From assembly GCF_024298765.1 (NCBI RefSeq), contig NZ_CP101210.1: a stretch of 64,000 bases of DNA; one strand, 5' to 3'. The position numbers and the translations under genes are program-made. This stretch comes from Escherichia coli. Its GTDB lineage: Bacteria > Pseudomonadota > Gammaproteobacteria > Enterobacterales > Enterobacteriaceae. Positions 11,355-26,199 of the stretch are shown piece by piece. The notes beneath the pieces were generated by a model. It worked only from the letters and a program-made list of their open reading frames with translations. It did not search any database and was not told where the DNA came from. The number at the start of each line of letters is the position of its first letter. The stretch's first letter is position 1.

Positions 11355-11475
11355 TAGCGCTCTCTCGCAATCCGGTAATCCATATCATTTTTGCATAGAC
11401 TCGACATAAATCGATATTTTTTATTCTTTTTATGATGTGGCGTAATCATAAAAAAGCACTTATCTGGAGTTTGTT

Positions 11476-12738
11476 ATGCCACATTCACTGTTCAGCACTG
11501 ATACCGATCTCACCGCCGAAAATCTGCTGCGTTTGCCCGCAGAATTTGGCTGCCCGGTGTGGGTCTACGATGCGCAAATTATTCGTCGGCAGATTGCAGC
11601 GCTGAAACAGTTTGATGTGGTGCGCTTTGCACAGAAAGCCTGTTCCAATATTCATATTTTGCGCTTAATGCGTGAGCAGGGCGTAAAAGTGGATTCCGTC
11701 TCGTTAGGCGAAATAGAGCGTGCACTGGCGGCGGGTTACAATCCGCAAACGCACCCCGATGATATTGTTTTTACGGCAGATGTTATCGATCAGGCGACGC
11801 TTGAACGAGTCAGTGAATTGCAAATTCCGGTGAATGCGGGTTCTGTTGATATGCTCGACCAACTGGGTCAGGTTTCGCCAGGGCATCGGGTATGGCTGCG
11901 TGTTAATCCGGGGTTTGGTCACGGGCATAGCCAAAAAACCAATACCGGTGGCGAAAACAGCAAGCACGGTATCTGGTACACCGATCTGCCCGCCGCACTG
12001 GACGTGATACAACGTCATCATCTACAGCTGGTCGGCATTCACATGCACATTGGTTCTGGCGTCGATTATGCCCATCTGGAACAGGTATGTGGTGCTATGG
12101 TGCGTCAGGTCCTCGAGTTCGGTCAGGATTTACAGGCTATTTCTGCGGGCGGTGGGCTTTCTATTCCTTATCAACAGGGTGAAGAGGCGGTTGATACCGA
12201 ACATTATTATGGTCTGTGGAATGCCGCGCGTGAGCAAATCGCCCGCCATTTGGGCCATCCTGTGAAACTGGAAATTGAACCGGGTCGCTTTCTGGTAGCG
12301 CAGGCTGGCGTATTAATTACTCAAGTGCGGAGCGTCAAACAAATGGGTAGCCGCCACTTTGTGCTGGTTGATGCCGGGTTCAACGATCTGATGCGCCCGG
12401 CAATGTACGGTAGTTACCACCATATCAGTGCCCTGGCAGCTGATGGTCGTTCTCTGGAACACGCACCAACGGTGGAAACCGTCGTCGCCGGGCCGTTATG
12501 TGAATCGGGCGATGTCTTTACCCAGCAGGAAGGGGGAAATGTCGAAACCCGCGCCTTGCCGGAAGTGAAGGCGGGTGATTATCTGGTACTGCATGATACG
12601 GGGGCATATGGCGCATCAATGTCATCCAACTACAACAGCCGTCCGCTGTTACCAGAAGTTCTGTTTGATAATGGTCAGGCGCGGTTGATTCGCCGTCGCC
12701 AGACCATTGAAGAATTACTGGCGCTGGAATTGCTTTAA
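11476..12738 (+). CDS. lysA: Diaminopimelate decarboxylase (PLP-dependent)
   Basis: 420-aa ORF recognised as LysA; divergent lysR partner. Confidence 0.9.
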   Translation: MPHSLFSTDTDLTAENLLRLPAEFGCPVWVYDAQIIRRQIAALKQFDVVRFAQKACSNIHILRLMREQGVKVDSVSLGEIERALAAGYNPQTHPDDIVFTADVIDQATLERVSELQIPVNAGSVDMLDQLGQVSPGHRVWLRVNPGFGHGHSQKTNTGGENSKHGIWYTDLPAALDVIQRHHLQLVGIHMHIGSGVDYAHLEQVCGAMVRQVLEFGQDLQAISAGGGLSIPYQQGEEAVDTEHYYGLWNAAREQIARHLGHPVKLEIEPGRFLVAQAGVLITQVRSVKQMGSRHFVLVDAGFNDLMRPAMYGSYHHISALAADGRSLEHAPTVETVVAGPLCESGDVFTQQEGGNVETRALPEVKAGDYLVLHDTGAYGASMSSNYNSRPLLPEVLFDNGQARLIRRRQTIEELLALELL

Positions 12739-12744
12739 CTGCGG

Positions 12745-13776
12745 TTAGTCGCTGGTTGCATGATGACTTGCCTCCAGCGACGGAGTTGACACTGAATGGC
12801 GACGTACCAGCGTCGGACTAAAGACATTAGTGATTTCCGGGAGAGGGCGATTATCCGCCAGCGCCAAAGCCAGTTCGGCAGCCTGCGTCGCCATCGTCAC
12901 GATTGGGTAACGCACGGTGGTCAGGCGCGGACGCACATAGCGTGACACCAGCACATCATCAAAGCCAATTAACGAAATCTCACCCGGTACATCAATACCA
13001 TTATCATTGAGCACGCCCATCGCGCCCGCCGCCATTGAATCGTTATAACAGGCTACCGCAGTGAAATTTCTGCCTCGTCCCAAAAGCTCGGTCATTGCCT
13101 GTTCGCCGCCGCTTTCGTCTGGTTCGCCAAATGTCACCAGCCGGTCATTGGCCGGAATACCACTTTCAGCAAGGGCATCGTAATACCCTTGCAGACGATC
13201 TTCGGCGTCAGAAATAGAGTGGTTAGAGCACAGATAACCAATGCGGGTATGACCTTGCTGAATTAAATGACGCGTTGCCAGCCAGGCACCGTAACGATCG
13301 TCCAGAGCAATACAACGGTTTTCAAAGCCAGGCAGGATACGGTTGATCAGCACCATACCGGGCATTTGTTTCATTAACGAGGCTAAATCGGCATCCGGGA
13401 TCATTTTGGCATGGACAACCAGCGCAGCACAGCGATGGCGGATCAGTTGCTCAATGGCCTGACGCTCTTTTTGTTCGTTGTGGTAACCGTTGCCAATCAA
13501 TAAAAAATTACCAGTGTGATAAGCCACCTGTTCGACCGCTTTCACCATTGCGCCGAAAAACGGATCGGAAACATCACCAACGACCAGACCGATCGTTTCA
13601 GTGGTCTGCTGCGCCAGCGCACGGGCGTTGGCGTTCGGGTGATAGCTAAGAGACTCCATTGCACTATGCACAGCAAGCCGGGAAGCTTCGCTGGCTTTGG
13701 GTGAATTATTAATGACGCGGGAAACGGTGGCGACTGAAACGCCTGCCAGTCGGGCTACATCCTTTATGGTCGCCAT
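12745..13776 (-). CDS. galR: Galactose operon repressor (LacI/GalR family)
   Basis: 343-aa ORF with N-terminal HTH MATIKDVARLAGVSVATVSRVIN and periplasmic-binding-protein-like core. Confidence 0.9.
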   Translation of the reverse strand: MATIKDVARLAGVSVATVSRVINNSPKASEASRLAVHSAMESLSYHPNANARALAQQTTETIGLVVGDVSDPFFGAMVKAVEQVAYHTGNFLLIGNGYHNEQKERQAIEQLIRHRCAALVVHAKMIPDADLASLMKQMPGMVLINRILPGFENRCIALDDRYGAWLATRHLIQQGHTRIGYLCSNHSISDAEDRLQGYYDALAESGIPANDRLVTFGEPDESGGEQAMTELLGRGRNFTAVACYNDSMAAGAMGVLNDNGIDVPGEISLIGFDDVLVSRYVRPRLTTVRYPIVTMATQAAELALALADNRPLPEITNVFSPTLVRRHSVSTPSLEASHHATSD

Positions 13777-13989
13777 GAAAATACCTTAGTGGGTAAACGC
13801 TTACATTCTTTCAGTGTTACGGAAAACGCCCGTTGGTTCAAGGGGCGGCGTGTTTTCATTGTGGGAATGTGAGCCAAACGCAAATAAGTAAGACAAAAAA
13901 AGAGATTGCAAACCTTTGGTTACACTTTGCGAAACGCTGTTGCGATTGACCGCTGGTGGCGTTTGGCTTCAGGTTGCTAAAGTGGTGAT

Positions 13990-14072
13990 CCCAGAGGTAT
14001 TGATAGGTGAAGTCAACTTCGGGTTGAGCACATGAATTACACCAGCCTGCGCAGATGCGCAGGTTTTTTTTT
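13990..14072 (+). ncRNA. omrB: OmpR-regulated small RNA OmrB
   Basis: Starts CCCAGAGGTATTGATAGGTGAAG, ends with CCTGCGCAGATGCGCAGG hairpin plus T-run; matches OmrB as I recall it; sits between galR and aas. Confidence 0.85.
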
Positions 14073-14186
14073 GCCGGTCATCAATCTGTAACAGTAACCG
14101 ACAATTTACACACCTCGTTGCATTTCCCTTCATTCCTTTGCGTTTTCTCGCTGGCGAAGAGTCGTTGTGCAGACCACAATCAAGAT

Positions 14187-14274
14187 CCCAGAGGTATTGA
14201 TTGGTGAGATTATTCGGTACGCTCTTCGTACCCTGTCTCTTGCACCAACCTGCGCGGATGCGCAGGTTTTTTTT
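14187..14274 (+). ncRNA. omrA: OmpR-regulated small RNA OmrA
   Basis: Starts CCCAGAGGTATTGATTGGTGAGATT, ends with CCTGCGCGGATGCGCAGG hairpin plus T8; same 5' seed and terminator as omrB. Confidence 0.85.
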
Positions 14275-14340
14275 CGCACCTAATTTACTGTCGCTCGCGT
14301 TCTTTATCTCGTGTAATCTCCCTCCATTCGCTTTTACTGA

Positions 14341-17707
<3,367 letters not shown>

Positions 17708-17713
17708 TATTTA

Positions 17714-17737
17714 ACGCCGGTTTTAACCGGCGTTAAT
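17714..17737. terminator. Bidirectional hairpin between convergent lplT and tas
   Basis: AACGCCGGTT-TT-AACCGGCGTT perfect inverted repeat between the two stop codons. Confidence 0.6.
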
Positions 17738-17738
17738 C

Positions 17739-18779
17739 TTATGGTGCCGGATAAGTATAAACCTGATGTACCGCTTCAATTTCAGCTAATACGTCTTCGC
17801 TTAACTCCAGATGCAAACTTTCGACGTTAGTTTTCAGCTGCTCCATCGTGGTTGCGCCCAGCAGAGTGCTGGCAACAAACGGTTGACGGCGTACAAAAGC
17901 GAGCGCCATCTGTGCAGGATCCAGGCCATGACGTCTGGCTATATCAACATACGCCGCGACGGCTTTTTGCGTTTGCTCACCGCTATAGCGGGTGAACCGA
18001 CTAAAGAGTGTATTACGTGCGCCAGCGGGTTTTGCACCGTTGAGATATTTCCCGGTCAGCGTGCCGAAACCCAGGCACGAATAGGCCAGCAGTTCGACCC
18101 CTTCATACTGGCTGACTTCTGCCAGACCTACTTCAAAACTGCGGTTTAACAGACTGTAAGGGTTCTGAATGGTGACAATACGCGGCAGATCGTGTTTGTC
18201 CGCCAGATGCAGGTAGCGCATTACGCCAAATGCAGTTTCGTTCGACACGCCGATATAACGAATTTTTCCCGCGCGTTGGTACTCTGTCAGTGCGTCCAGC
18301 GTATCCAGCAGCGAAACCGCAGGCGCAGAATCCGTCCAGCTATAACCGAGTTTGCCGAAGCAGTTGGTTGGGCGCTGCGGCCAGTGCACCTGATAGAGAT
18401 CGAGGTAATCAGTCTGCAGACGCTTGAGGCTGTCATGCAGCGCTTCACGGATATTCTTCCGATCCAGCGCCTGATCCGGGCGAATGCCTTTGTCATTATT
18501 GCGCGACGGTCCGCTCACTTTGGAGGCGATAATTAACTTTTCGCGGCTGCCATGTTTCGCCAGCCAGTTGCCGACGTAGGTTTCGGTTAGCCCTTGAGTT
18601 TCGGGGCGCGGAGGTACTGGGTACATTTCGGCAACGTCGATAAGGTTAATGCCCTGAGCGACGGCATAGTCGAGTTGTGCGTGGGCGTCGGCTTCGCTGT
18701 TCTGTTCACCAAACGTCATCGTGCCAAGCCCCAGCGTGCTGACTTCCAGCGAACTGTGGGGTATACGGTGATATTGCAT
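17739..18779 (-). CDS. tas: NADP(H)-dependent aldo-keto reductase
   Basis: 346-aa ORF with AKR-family features; synteny. Confidence 0.85.
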   Translation of the reverse strand: MQYHRIPHSSLEVSTLGLGTMTFGEQNSEADAHAQLDYAVAQGINLIDVAEMYPVPPRPETQGLTETYVGNWLAKHGSREKLIIASKVSGPSRNNDKGIRPDQALDRKNIREALHDSLKRLQTDYLDLYQVHWPQRPTNCFGKLGYSWTDSAPAVSLLDTLDALTEYQRAGKIRYIGVSNETAFGVMRYLHLADKHDLPRIVTIQNPYSLLNRSFEVGLAEVSQYEGVELLAYSCLGFGTLTGKYLNGAKPAGARNTLFSRFTRYSGEQTQKAVAAYVDIARRHGLDPAQMALAFVRRQPFVASTLLGATTMEQLKTNVESLHLELSEDVLAEIEAVHQVYTYPAP

Positions 18780-18886
18780 AGCCGTTTCCTTTTTATAATC
18801 ACGACATAAGGAATATAAAAATGGCAGAGGGAAGGGAAAAGGGAAAGAGAAAAATCTTAAGGCCAGCCGGATGCTGACCTTATTTG

Positions 18887-19105
18887 TTAACGTTCAATAA
18901 TTTGCGAAACATCATCACGGTTAATTTGCATCGCGTTACCTTGCTGATCGTGATAACTCACCAGCCCGGTATCATCATCAATTTCAGGTTTTCCATCGGT
19001 CAAAATCATACGGCCATCTTTGGTCGCCATGACGTAATCACTGGAACACCCGGAAACAGCAAACGCCAGTCCGACTGCAGAAATTATTACTGCCCATTTT
19101 TTCAT
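18887..19105 (-). CDS. ygdR: Small lipoprotein
   Basis: 72-aa ORF with signal peptide and lipobox (AVSGCSS). Confidence 0.8.
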
Positions 19106-19242
19106 CCGGTTATCCTCATTTGGCCCACCTATGATAATAGTCTGTTTATAAACCGACGTTATATATCTTGAAAGCAGGAAAATCTTAAACTGTGAGGGTA
19201 ACAGGAGTGAGTACGCCCTCCCGCAGGAGAGCGTACGGAGTA

Positions 19243-19956
19243 TCAGAGCGGATTCTTTTTGTTGCGAATCAGGTTGAGGCTTTCAACCGCAATAGAGAAG
19301 AACATCGCGAAGTAGATGTAACCTTTCGGTACGTGGATGTCGAAACTTTCCAGAATCAGGGTAAAGCCCACCAGAATCAGGAAAGAGAGCGCCAGCATTT
19401 TTACCGAAGGATGGCGCTCGACAAAATCACCAATCGAGCGCGCGGCGAACATCATCACGCCTACGGCAATCACCACGGCAGCCATCATAATAAACAGGTG
19501 ATCTGACAGACCCACAGCAGTAATCACCGAGTCGAGGCTGAAGATAATATCCAGCAGCATAATCTGCACGATAGCGCCGAGGAATGATGAAACGCGTGTT
19601 TTCAGCCCTTCTTCTTCACCTTCGATGGATTCGTGGATTTCCTTGCTGGCTTTCCAGATAAGGAACAAGCCACCCAGAAGCAGGATCAAATCACGGGCGG
19701 AAATTTCCTGACTGAATATTGTAAAAAGCGGATTTGTCAGGCGCGTAACCCAGGCGATTGATGCCAGCAGCGCCAGACGCATAACCATGGCTCCCGCCAA
19801 CCCCAGACGCCGCGCATGAGCACGTTGTGCTGTGGGGAGCTTTGCCACCACCAGAGAAAGAAAAATAATATTGTCGATCCCAAGAACGATCTCCAGCAGC
19901 GTCAGCGTACCGAGCGCAAGCCAGGCGTTAGGATCGGTTATCCATGCAAATAACAT
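19243..19956 (-). CDS. ygdQ: TerC-family integral membrane protein
   Basis: 237-aa hydrophobic ORF; synteny between ygdR and mutH. Confidence 0.8.
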
Positions 19957-20024
19957 CTAAAAAGCCCTGCCAAAAAAATGAAGCGGTAATTATATGCCCG
20001 GAAAGCGGCAGGTCAAAGCGATGG

Positions 20025-20714
20025 CTACTGGATCAGAAAATGACGGGCCAGTAGCGCACTGGTGAAATTCTTCTTCAAATAAAAGCCGCGCGGCAGCGTC
20101 AGAATCCGTTCGCCCCGGACACCAATGGCTTCGGTAAGCGCTTTCGCATTCGCTGCTTTCGGTCGTATCTGCAAATATTCCCCGTGACGAGCGGTGATCC
20201 GCTCAACCTGACCGAGAACAATCATATCCATTAATTCTTCCCAGTCTTCGCGCAGTTGCCGGTCTTCCTCTTCATTCGGGCTCCACAGTAACGGTGATCC
20301 TACGCGACGCTGCGCCAGCGGGATGCTGCGCTCGCCTTCAACCGGTATCCACAGTACGCGTTTGAGCTTGTGGCGTACGTGGCTGGTTTCCCAGGTCACC
20401 CCGCTATTACCCGTTAACGGGGCAACACAAACGAATGTTGTTTCCAGCGGACGACCAAGACTATCCACAGGGATAGTTTTAAGTTCCACGCCCAGGGCAG
20501 CAAAATCTTGCTCAGGTTTACTTCCTGCGCTGGCACCTAGCCAGATCTCCAGTAACACGCCAATCCAGCCCTTATCGCGTTTTAAATTCTCCGGCGTAAC
20601 CAGCCCGGCAAGTGCCGCCAGTTCTCCCAATGTATAACCAGAAAGTTGTTGTGCTTGCGCTAACAATTGTTCTTCAGTTTCGGGAGGAGAGAGCAGTGGG
20701 CGAGGTTGGGACAT
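20025..20714 (-). CDS. mutH: Methyl-directed mismatch repair endonuclease
   Basis: 229-aa ORF recognised as MutH. Confidence 0.9.
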   Translation of the reverse strand: MSQPRPLLSPPETEEQLLAQAQQLSGYTLGELAALAGLVTPENLKRDKGWIGVLLEIWLGASAGSKPEQDFAALGVELKTIPVDSLGRPLETTFVCVAPLTGNSGVTWETSHVRHKLKRVLWIPVEGERSIPLAQRRVGSPLLWSPNEEEDRQLREDWEELMDMIVLGQVERITARHGEYLQIRPKAANAKALTEAIGVRGERILTLPRGFYLKKNFTSALLARHFLIQ

Positions 20715-21398
20715 GTCATGATACCTTGGTTAAAAAACAAACAGCAATTAAGTGCCGAATATTCGCAGTGTAACTTTTTCCACATGCGTTGTTCAATTCT
20801 CTGATTTATATTGCTTTTTAGGTTGCCGGTAATCGAGTTGCGCAACACTGCAACGGGTTTTCCAAATCTGGTCACTGAAAATAAACAGGATCTTACACCA
20901 TGTTATCCACAGAAAGCTGGGATAACTGTGAAAAACCTTCACTACTGTTTCCATTTACAGCCTTGACGTGCGACGAAACTCCAGTTTTTAGTGGTTCAGT
21001 GCTTAACTTAGTGGCACATTCTGTGGATAAATACGGCATTGGTTGATCTTTCGCCAACCCGTAAATGAGAGGTGTGACCTGGGTCACGAACTACTCTTTT
21101 TTATTACTCAAATTACATGTAATGCATTGACTGATAATGAATATTTTAAAATGTCTATATCGGGCTTATTCAGAATGCTCCGGGTTTTCCCGTAGTAATT
21201 CCGTAGTTCTTCACAACTCTATCCACAGAAAAGGTGAATAAAAACGGCTATCCACCCCTTCCTCTGTTTATAACTCTGCACATAACTGTGAGTTATTCAA
21301 TTGTTATTAGTGTGTAATGCCCTGCAGAGAGTGGTTTACCGTCTTCCTGGAGTATGAAACAATCATTCGTATATAAAGCTTTATTTTGAGGTAGTCCG

Positions 21399-21929
21399 GT
21401 GATTGATGACGATGGCTACCGCCCAAACGTAGGTATCGTGATTTGTAATCGCCAGGGGCAGGTAATGTGGGCCCGGCGATTTGGTCAGCACTCCTGGCAA
21501 TTTCCGCAAGGCGGAATCAACCCCGGAGAATCCGCAGAGCAGGCGATGTACCGTGAATTGTTTGAAGAAGTAGGATTAAGCCGCAAAGACGTTCGAATCC
21601 TTGCTTCAACGCGTAACTGGTTGCGCTACAAATTACCGAAACGTTTGGTGCGTTGGGACACGAAGCCGGTTTGTATCGGCCAAAAACAAAAATGGTTTCT
21701 CTTGCAGCTGGTGAGCGGCGATGCAGAAATCAATATGCAAACCAGCAGTACACCAGAGTTTGACGGCTGGCGATGGGTAAGTTACTGGTATCCAGTCAGA
21801 CAGGTGGTGTCATTTAAACGTGATGTCTACCGTAGGGTAATGAAAGAGTTCGCGAGTGTGGTGATGTCACTGCAGGAAAATACGCCAAAACCACAAAACG
21901 CATCTGCTTATCGACGTAAAAGAGGTTAA
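21399..21929 (+). CDS. rppH: RNA pyrophosphohydrolase (Nudix)
   Basis: 176-aa ORF starting [14 protein letters not shown] with Nudix box ([22 protein letters not shown]). Confidence 0.9.
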
Positions 21930-21941
21930 GTCACGCCAATT

Positions 21942-24188
21942 ATGCTCACTCGCCTGCGCGAAATAGTCGAAAAGGTAGCCAGCGCACCACGCCTGAATGA
22001 GGCGTTAAATATTCTGGTTACCGACATCTGTCTTGCGATGGATACCGAGGTCTGTTCGGTCTACCTGGCCGATCATGATCGACGTTGTTACTACCTGATG
22101 GCGACCCGGGGGCTGAAAAAACCACGTGGTCGCACTGTAACGCTCGCGTTTGATGAAGGGATCGTCGGCCTGGTTGGCAGGCTGGCGGAACCGATAAACC
22201 TTGCAGATGCGCAAAAGCACCCCAGCTTCAAATACATCCCCTCCGTAAAAGAAGAACGTTTCCGCGCGTTTTTAGGCGTACCAATTATTCAACGTCGCCA
22301 GTTGCTTGGTGTACTGGTGGTACAGCAACGAGAGTTGCGCCAGTATGACGAAAGTGAAGAATCCTTCCTGGTGACGCTTGCCACCCAGATGGCAGCGATT
22401 CTTTCTCAGTCGCAGTTGACTGCCTTGTTTGGGCAATATCGCCAGACGCGAATCCGTGCATTACCGGCAGCGCCTGGTGTAGCGATTGCCGAAGGCTGGC
22501 AGGATGCCACGTTACCTTTAATGGAACAGGTGTATCAGGCATCAACGTTGGATCCGGCTCTGGAACGCGAACGACTGACCGGGGCGCTGGAAGAAGCGGC
22601 AAACGAGTTTCGCCGCTACAGCAAACGCTTTGCCGCCGGTGCACAAAAAGAAACGGCGGCTATTTTCGATCTTTACTCACACCTGCTTTCGGATACCCGG
22701 CTGCGGCGCGAATTGTTTGCCGAGGTTGATAAAGGCTCGGTGGCAGAGTGGGCGGTAAAAACGGTCATTGAAAAATTTGCCGAACAGTTTGCCGCGCTAA
22801 GCGATAACTATCTCAAAGAGCGGGCTGGCGATTTACGTGCGCTGGGCCAGCGATTGCTGTTTCATCTTGATGACGCTAATCAAGGGCCGAACGCCTGGCC
22901 GGAACGTTTCATTCTGGTGGCAGATGAACTGTCAGCGACAACGCTTGCTGAGCTGCCCCAGGATCGCTTAGTCGGTGTTGTCGTGCGCGATGGCGCTGCC
23001 AACTCCCATGCTGCGATCATGGTACGTGCGCTGGGGATACCTACCGTGATGGGCGCGGATATTCAGCCTTCGGTACTGCATCGTCGGACGCTGATCGTCG
23101 ATGGTTATCGCGGTGAATTGCTGGTCGATCCGGAGCCGGTACTGCTGCAAGAATATCAGCGGCTAATTAGTGAAGAGATCGAGCTTAGCCGTCTGGCGGA
23201 AGATGACGTCAATTTACCCGCCCAGTTAAAAAGCGGCGAACGCATTAAAGTCATGCTCAATGCCGGTTTAAGCCCGGAACATGAAGAAAAACTGGGCAGC
23301 CGTATTGATGGCATAGGACTTTATCGCACTGAAATCCCATTCATGCTGCAAAGTGGTTTTCCGTCGGAAGAAGAACAGGTGGCGCAGTATCAGGGGATGC
23401 TGCAAATGTTTAATGATAAACCCGTCACCTTGCGTACGCTGGATGTCGGAGCAGATAAGCAGCTGCCTTACATGCCGATCAGCGAAGAGAATCCATGCCT
23501 GGGTTGGCGTGGGATTCGCATTACGCTCGATCAGCCGGAGATCTTCTTGATCCAGGTGCGGGCGATGCTGCGTGCTAATGCCGCTACGGGCAACCTGAAT
23601 ATTCTGTTGCCGATGGTCACCAGCCTCGATGAAGTTGACGAAGCACGCCGCCTGATTGAACGTGCCGGACGTGAAGTCGAGGAGATGATCGGTTACGAAA
23701 TTCCCAAACCACGTATCGGCATCATGCTGGAAGTGCCGTCAATGGTATTTATGCTGCCGCATCTGGCAAAGCGGGTCGATTTCATCTCTGTTGGCACCAA
23801 CGATCTGACGCAATACATCCTTGCCGTTGATCGCAACAATACCCGGGTTGCGAACATTTATGACAGTCTTCATCCTGCAATGTTACGAGCTCTGGCGATG
23901 ATCGCCCGGGAAGCGGAAATACATGGAATCGATCTCCGTTTGTGCGGTGAAATGGCGGGCGATCCGATGTGCGTGGCAATCCTCATTGGGCTTGGGTATC
24001 GCCATTTGTCTATGAACGGACGTTCTGTAGCGCGCGTAAAATACCTGCTGCGGCGCATTGATTTTGCCGAAGCAGAAAATCTTGCGCAGCGTAGTCTGGA
24101 AGCGCAACTGGCGACCGAAGTTCGCCATCAGGTTGCTGCCTTTATGGAGCGTCGCGGCATGGGCGGGCTGATTCGCGGGGGGTTATAG
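21942..24188 (+). CDS. ptsP: PEP-protein phosphotransferase of the nitrogen PTS (GAF + enzyme I domains)
   Basis: 748-aa ORF; N-terminal GAF-like region, enzyme I phospho-histidine region (GAANSHAAIMVRALGIP) and PEP-utilising C-terminus; 12 bp after rppH. Confidence 0.9.
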   Translation: MLTRLREIVEKVASAPRLNEALNILVTDICLAMDTEVCSVYLADHDRRCYYLMATRGLKKPRGRTVTLAFDEGIVGLVGRLAEPINLADAQKHPSFKYIPSVKEERFRAFLGVPIIQRRQLLGVLVVQQRELRQYDESEESFLVTLATQMAAILSQSQLTALFGQYRQTRIRALPAAPGVAIAEGWQDATLPLMEQVYQASTLDPALERERLTGALEEAANEFRRYSKRFAAGAQKETAAIFDLYSHLLSDTRLRRELFAEVDKGSVAEWAVKTVIEKFAEQFAALSDNYLKERAGDLRALGQRLLFHLDDANQGPNAWPERFILVADELSATTLAELPQDRLVGVVVRDGAANSHAAIMVRALGIPTVMGADIQPSVLHRRTLIVDGYRGELLVDPEPVLLQEYQRLISEEIELSRLAEDDVNLPAQLKSGERIKVMLNAGLSPEHEEKLGSRIDGIGLYRTEIPFMLQSGFPSEEEQVAQYQGMLQMFNDKPVTLRTLDVGADKQLPYMPISEENPCLGWRGIRITLDQPEIFLIQVRAMLRANAATGNLNILLPMVTSLDEVDEARRLIERAGREVEEMIGYEIPKPRIGIMLEVPSMVFMLPHLAKRVDFISVGTNDLTQYILAVDRNNTRVANIYDSLHPAMLRALAMIAREAEIHGIDLRLCGEMAGDPMCVAILIGLGYRHLSMNGRSVARVKYLLRRIDFAEAENLAQRSLEAQLATEVRHQVAAFMERRGMGGLIRGGL

Positions 24189-24338
24189 CGCGGATCATAT
24201 ACATATCTTTTAACGGTATCCGGCAACCAGCCAGGTCCCCTTGTGCTATTATTCGCACCTTTGGAGCGCCTGAAACCTGCGGCGCGCATTTCAATCGCTG
24301 TTCTCTTTCAGCGAAATAACAAGAACTTGTGGTGACAG

Positions 24339-25214
24339 ATGACCAGTAGCTATCTGCATTTTCCGGAGTTTGATCCGGTCATTTTCTCAATAGGACCCGT
24401 GGCGCTTCACTGGTACGGCCTGATGTATCTGGTGGGTTTCATTTTTGCAATGTGGCTGGCAACACGACGGGCGAATCGTCCGGGCAGTGGCTGGACCAAA
24501 AATGAAGTTGAAAACTTACTCTATGCGGGCTTCCTCGGCGTCTTCCTCGGTGGACGTATTGGTTATGTTCTGTTCTACAATTTCCCGCAGTTTATGGCCG
24601 ATCCGCTGTATCTTTTCCGTGTCTGGGACGGCGGCATGTCCTTCCACGGCGGCCTGATTGGCGTTATCGTGGTGATGATTATCTTCGCCCGCCGTACTAA
24701 ACGTTCCTTCTTCCAGGTCTCTGATTTTATTGCCCCACTCATTCCGTTTGGTCTTGGTGCCGGGCGTCTGGGCAACTTTATTAACGGTGAATTGTGGGGC
24801 CGCGTTGACCCGAACTTCCCGTTTGCCATGCTGTTCCCTGGCTCCCGTACAGAAGATATTTTGCTGCTGCAAACCAACCCGCAGTGGCAATCCATTTTCG
24901 ACACTTACGGTGTGCTGCCGCGCCACCCATCACAGCTTTACGAGCTGCTGCTGGAAGGTGTGGTGCTGTTTATTATCCTCAACCTGTATATTCGTAAACC
25001 GCGCCCAATGGGAGCTGTCTCAGGCTTGTTCCTGATTGGTTACGGCGCGTTTCGCATCATTGTTGAGTTTTTCCGCCAGCCCGACGCGCAGTTTACTGGT
25101 GCCTGGGTGCAGTACATCAGCATGGGGCAAATTCTTTCCATCCCGATGATTGTCGCGGGTGTGATCATGATGGTCTGGGCATATCGTCGCAGCCCACAGC
25201 AACACGTTTCCTGA
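24339..25214 (+). CDS. lgt: Prolipoprotein diacylglyceryl transferase
   Basis: 291-aa polytopic ORF with Lgt signature region; followed by thyA. Confidence 0.9.
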
Positions 25215-25220
25215 GGAACC

Positions 25221-26015
25221 ATGAAACAGTATTTAGAACTGATGCAAAAAGTGCTCGACGAAGGCACACAGAAAAACGACCGTACCGGAACCGGAACGCT
25301 TTCCATTTTTGGTCATCAGATGCGTTTTAACCTGCAGGATGGATTCCCGCTGGTGACAACTAAACGTTGCCACCTGCGTTCCATCATCCACGAACTGCTG
25401 TGGTTCCTGCAGGGCGACACTAACATTGCTTATCTACACGAAAACAATGTCACCATCTGGGACGAATGGGCCGATGAAAACGGCGACCTCGGGCCAGTGT
25501 ATGGTAAACAGTGGCGCGCCTGGCCAACGCCGGATGGTCGTCATATTGACCAGATCACTACGGTACTGAACCAGCTGAAAAACGACCCGGATTCCCGCCG
25601 CATTATTGTTTCAGCGTGGAACGTAGGCGAACTGGATAAAATGGCGCTGGCACCGTGCCATGCATTCTTCCAGTTCTATGTGGCAGACGGCAAACTCTCT
25701 TGTCAGCTTTATCAGCGCTCCTGTGACGTCTTCCTCGGCCTGCCGTTTAACATTGCCAGCTACGCGTTACTGGTGCATATGATGGCGCAGCAGTGCGATC
25801 TGGAAGTGGGTGATTTTGTCTGGACCGGTGGCGACACGCACCTGTACAGCAACCATATGGATCAAACTCATCTGCAATTAAGCCGCGAACCGCGTCCGCT
25901 GCCGAAGTTGATTATCAAACGTAAACCCGAATCCATCTTCGACTACCGTTTCGAAGACTTTGAGATTGAAGGATACGATCCACATCCGGGCATTAAAGCG
26001 CCGGTGGCTATCTAA
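25221..26015 (+). CDS. thyA: Thymidylate synthase
   Basis: 264-aa ORF with the active-site [13 protein letters not shown] motif (catalytic Cys). Confidence 0.95.
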
Positions 26016-26036
26016 TTACGAAACATCCTGCCAGAG

Positions 26037-26064
26037 CCGACGCCAGTGTGCGTCGGTTTTTTTT
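26037..26064 (+). terminator. Rho-independent terminator after thyA
   Basis: CCGACGC-loop-GCGTCGG hairpin followed by TTTTTTTT. Confidence 0.75.
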
Positions 26065-26199
26065 GCCCTCCGTTAAATTCTTCGAGACACCTTCCCGAAA
26101 TTTTGCAACGTCCTGCAACGGCGTAAATAGTCCGGAAGATGCGCCGAAGAAATAGAAACTGGCCCTCGTCTTTTTTTCTCCTCGCTCCATACTGCCGGC

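Noticed and set aside
20893-21087. 64-aa minus-strand ORF in the mutH-rppH intergenic region
   Set aside because: No ribosome-binding site and no recognisable composition; not called as a gene, though a small protein cannot be excluded.
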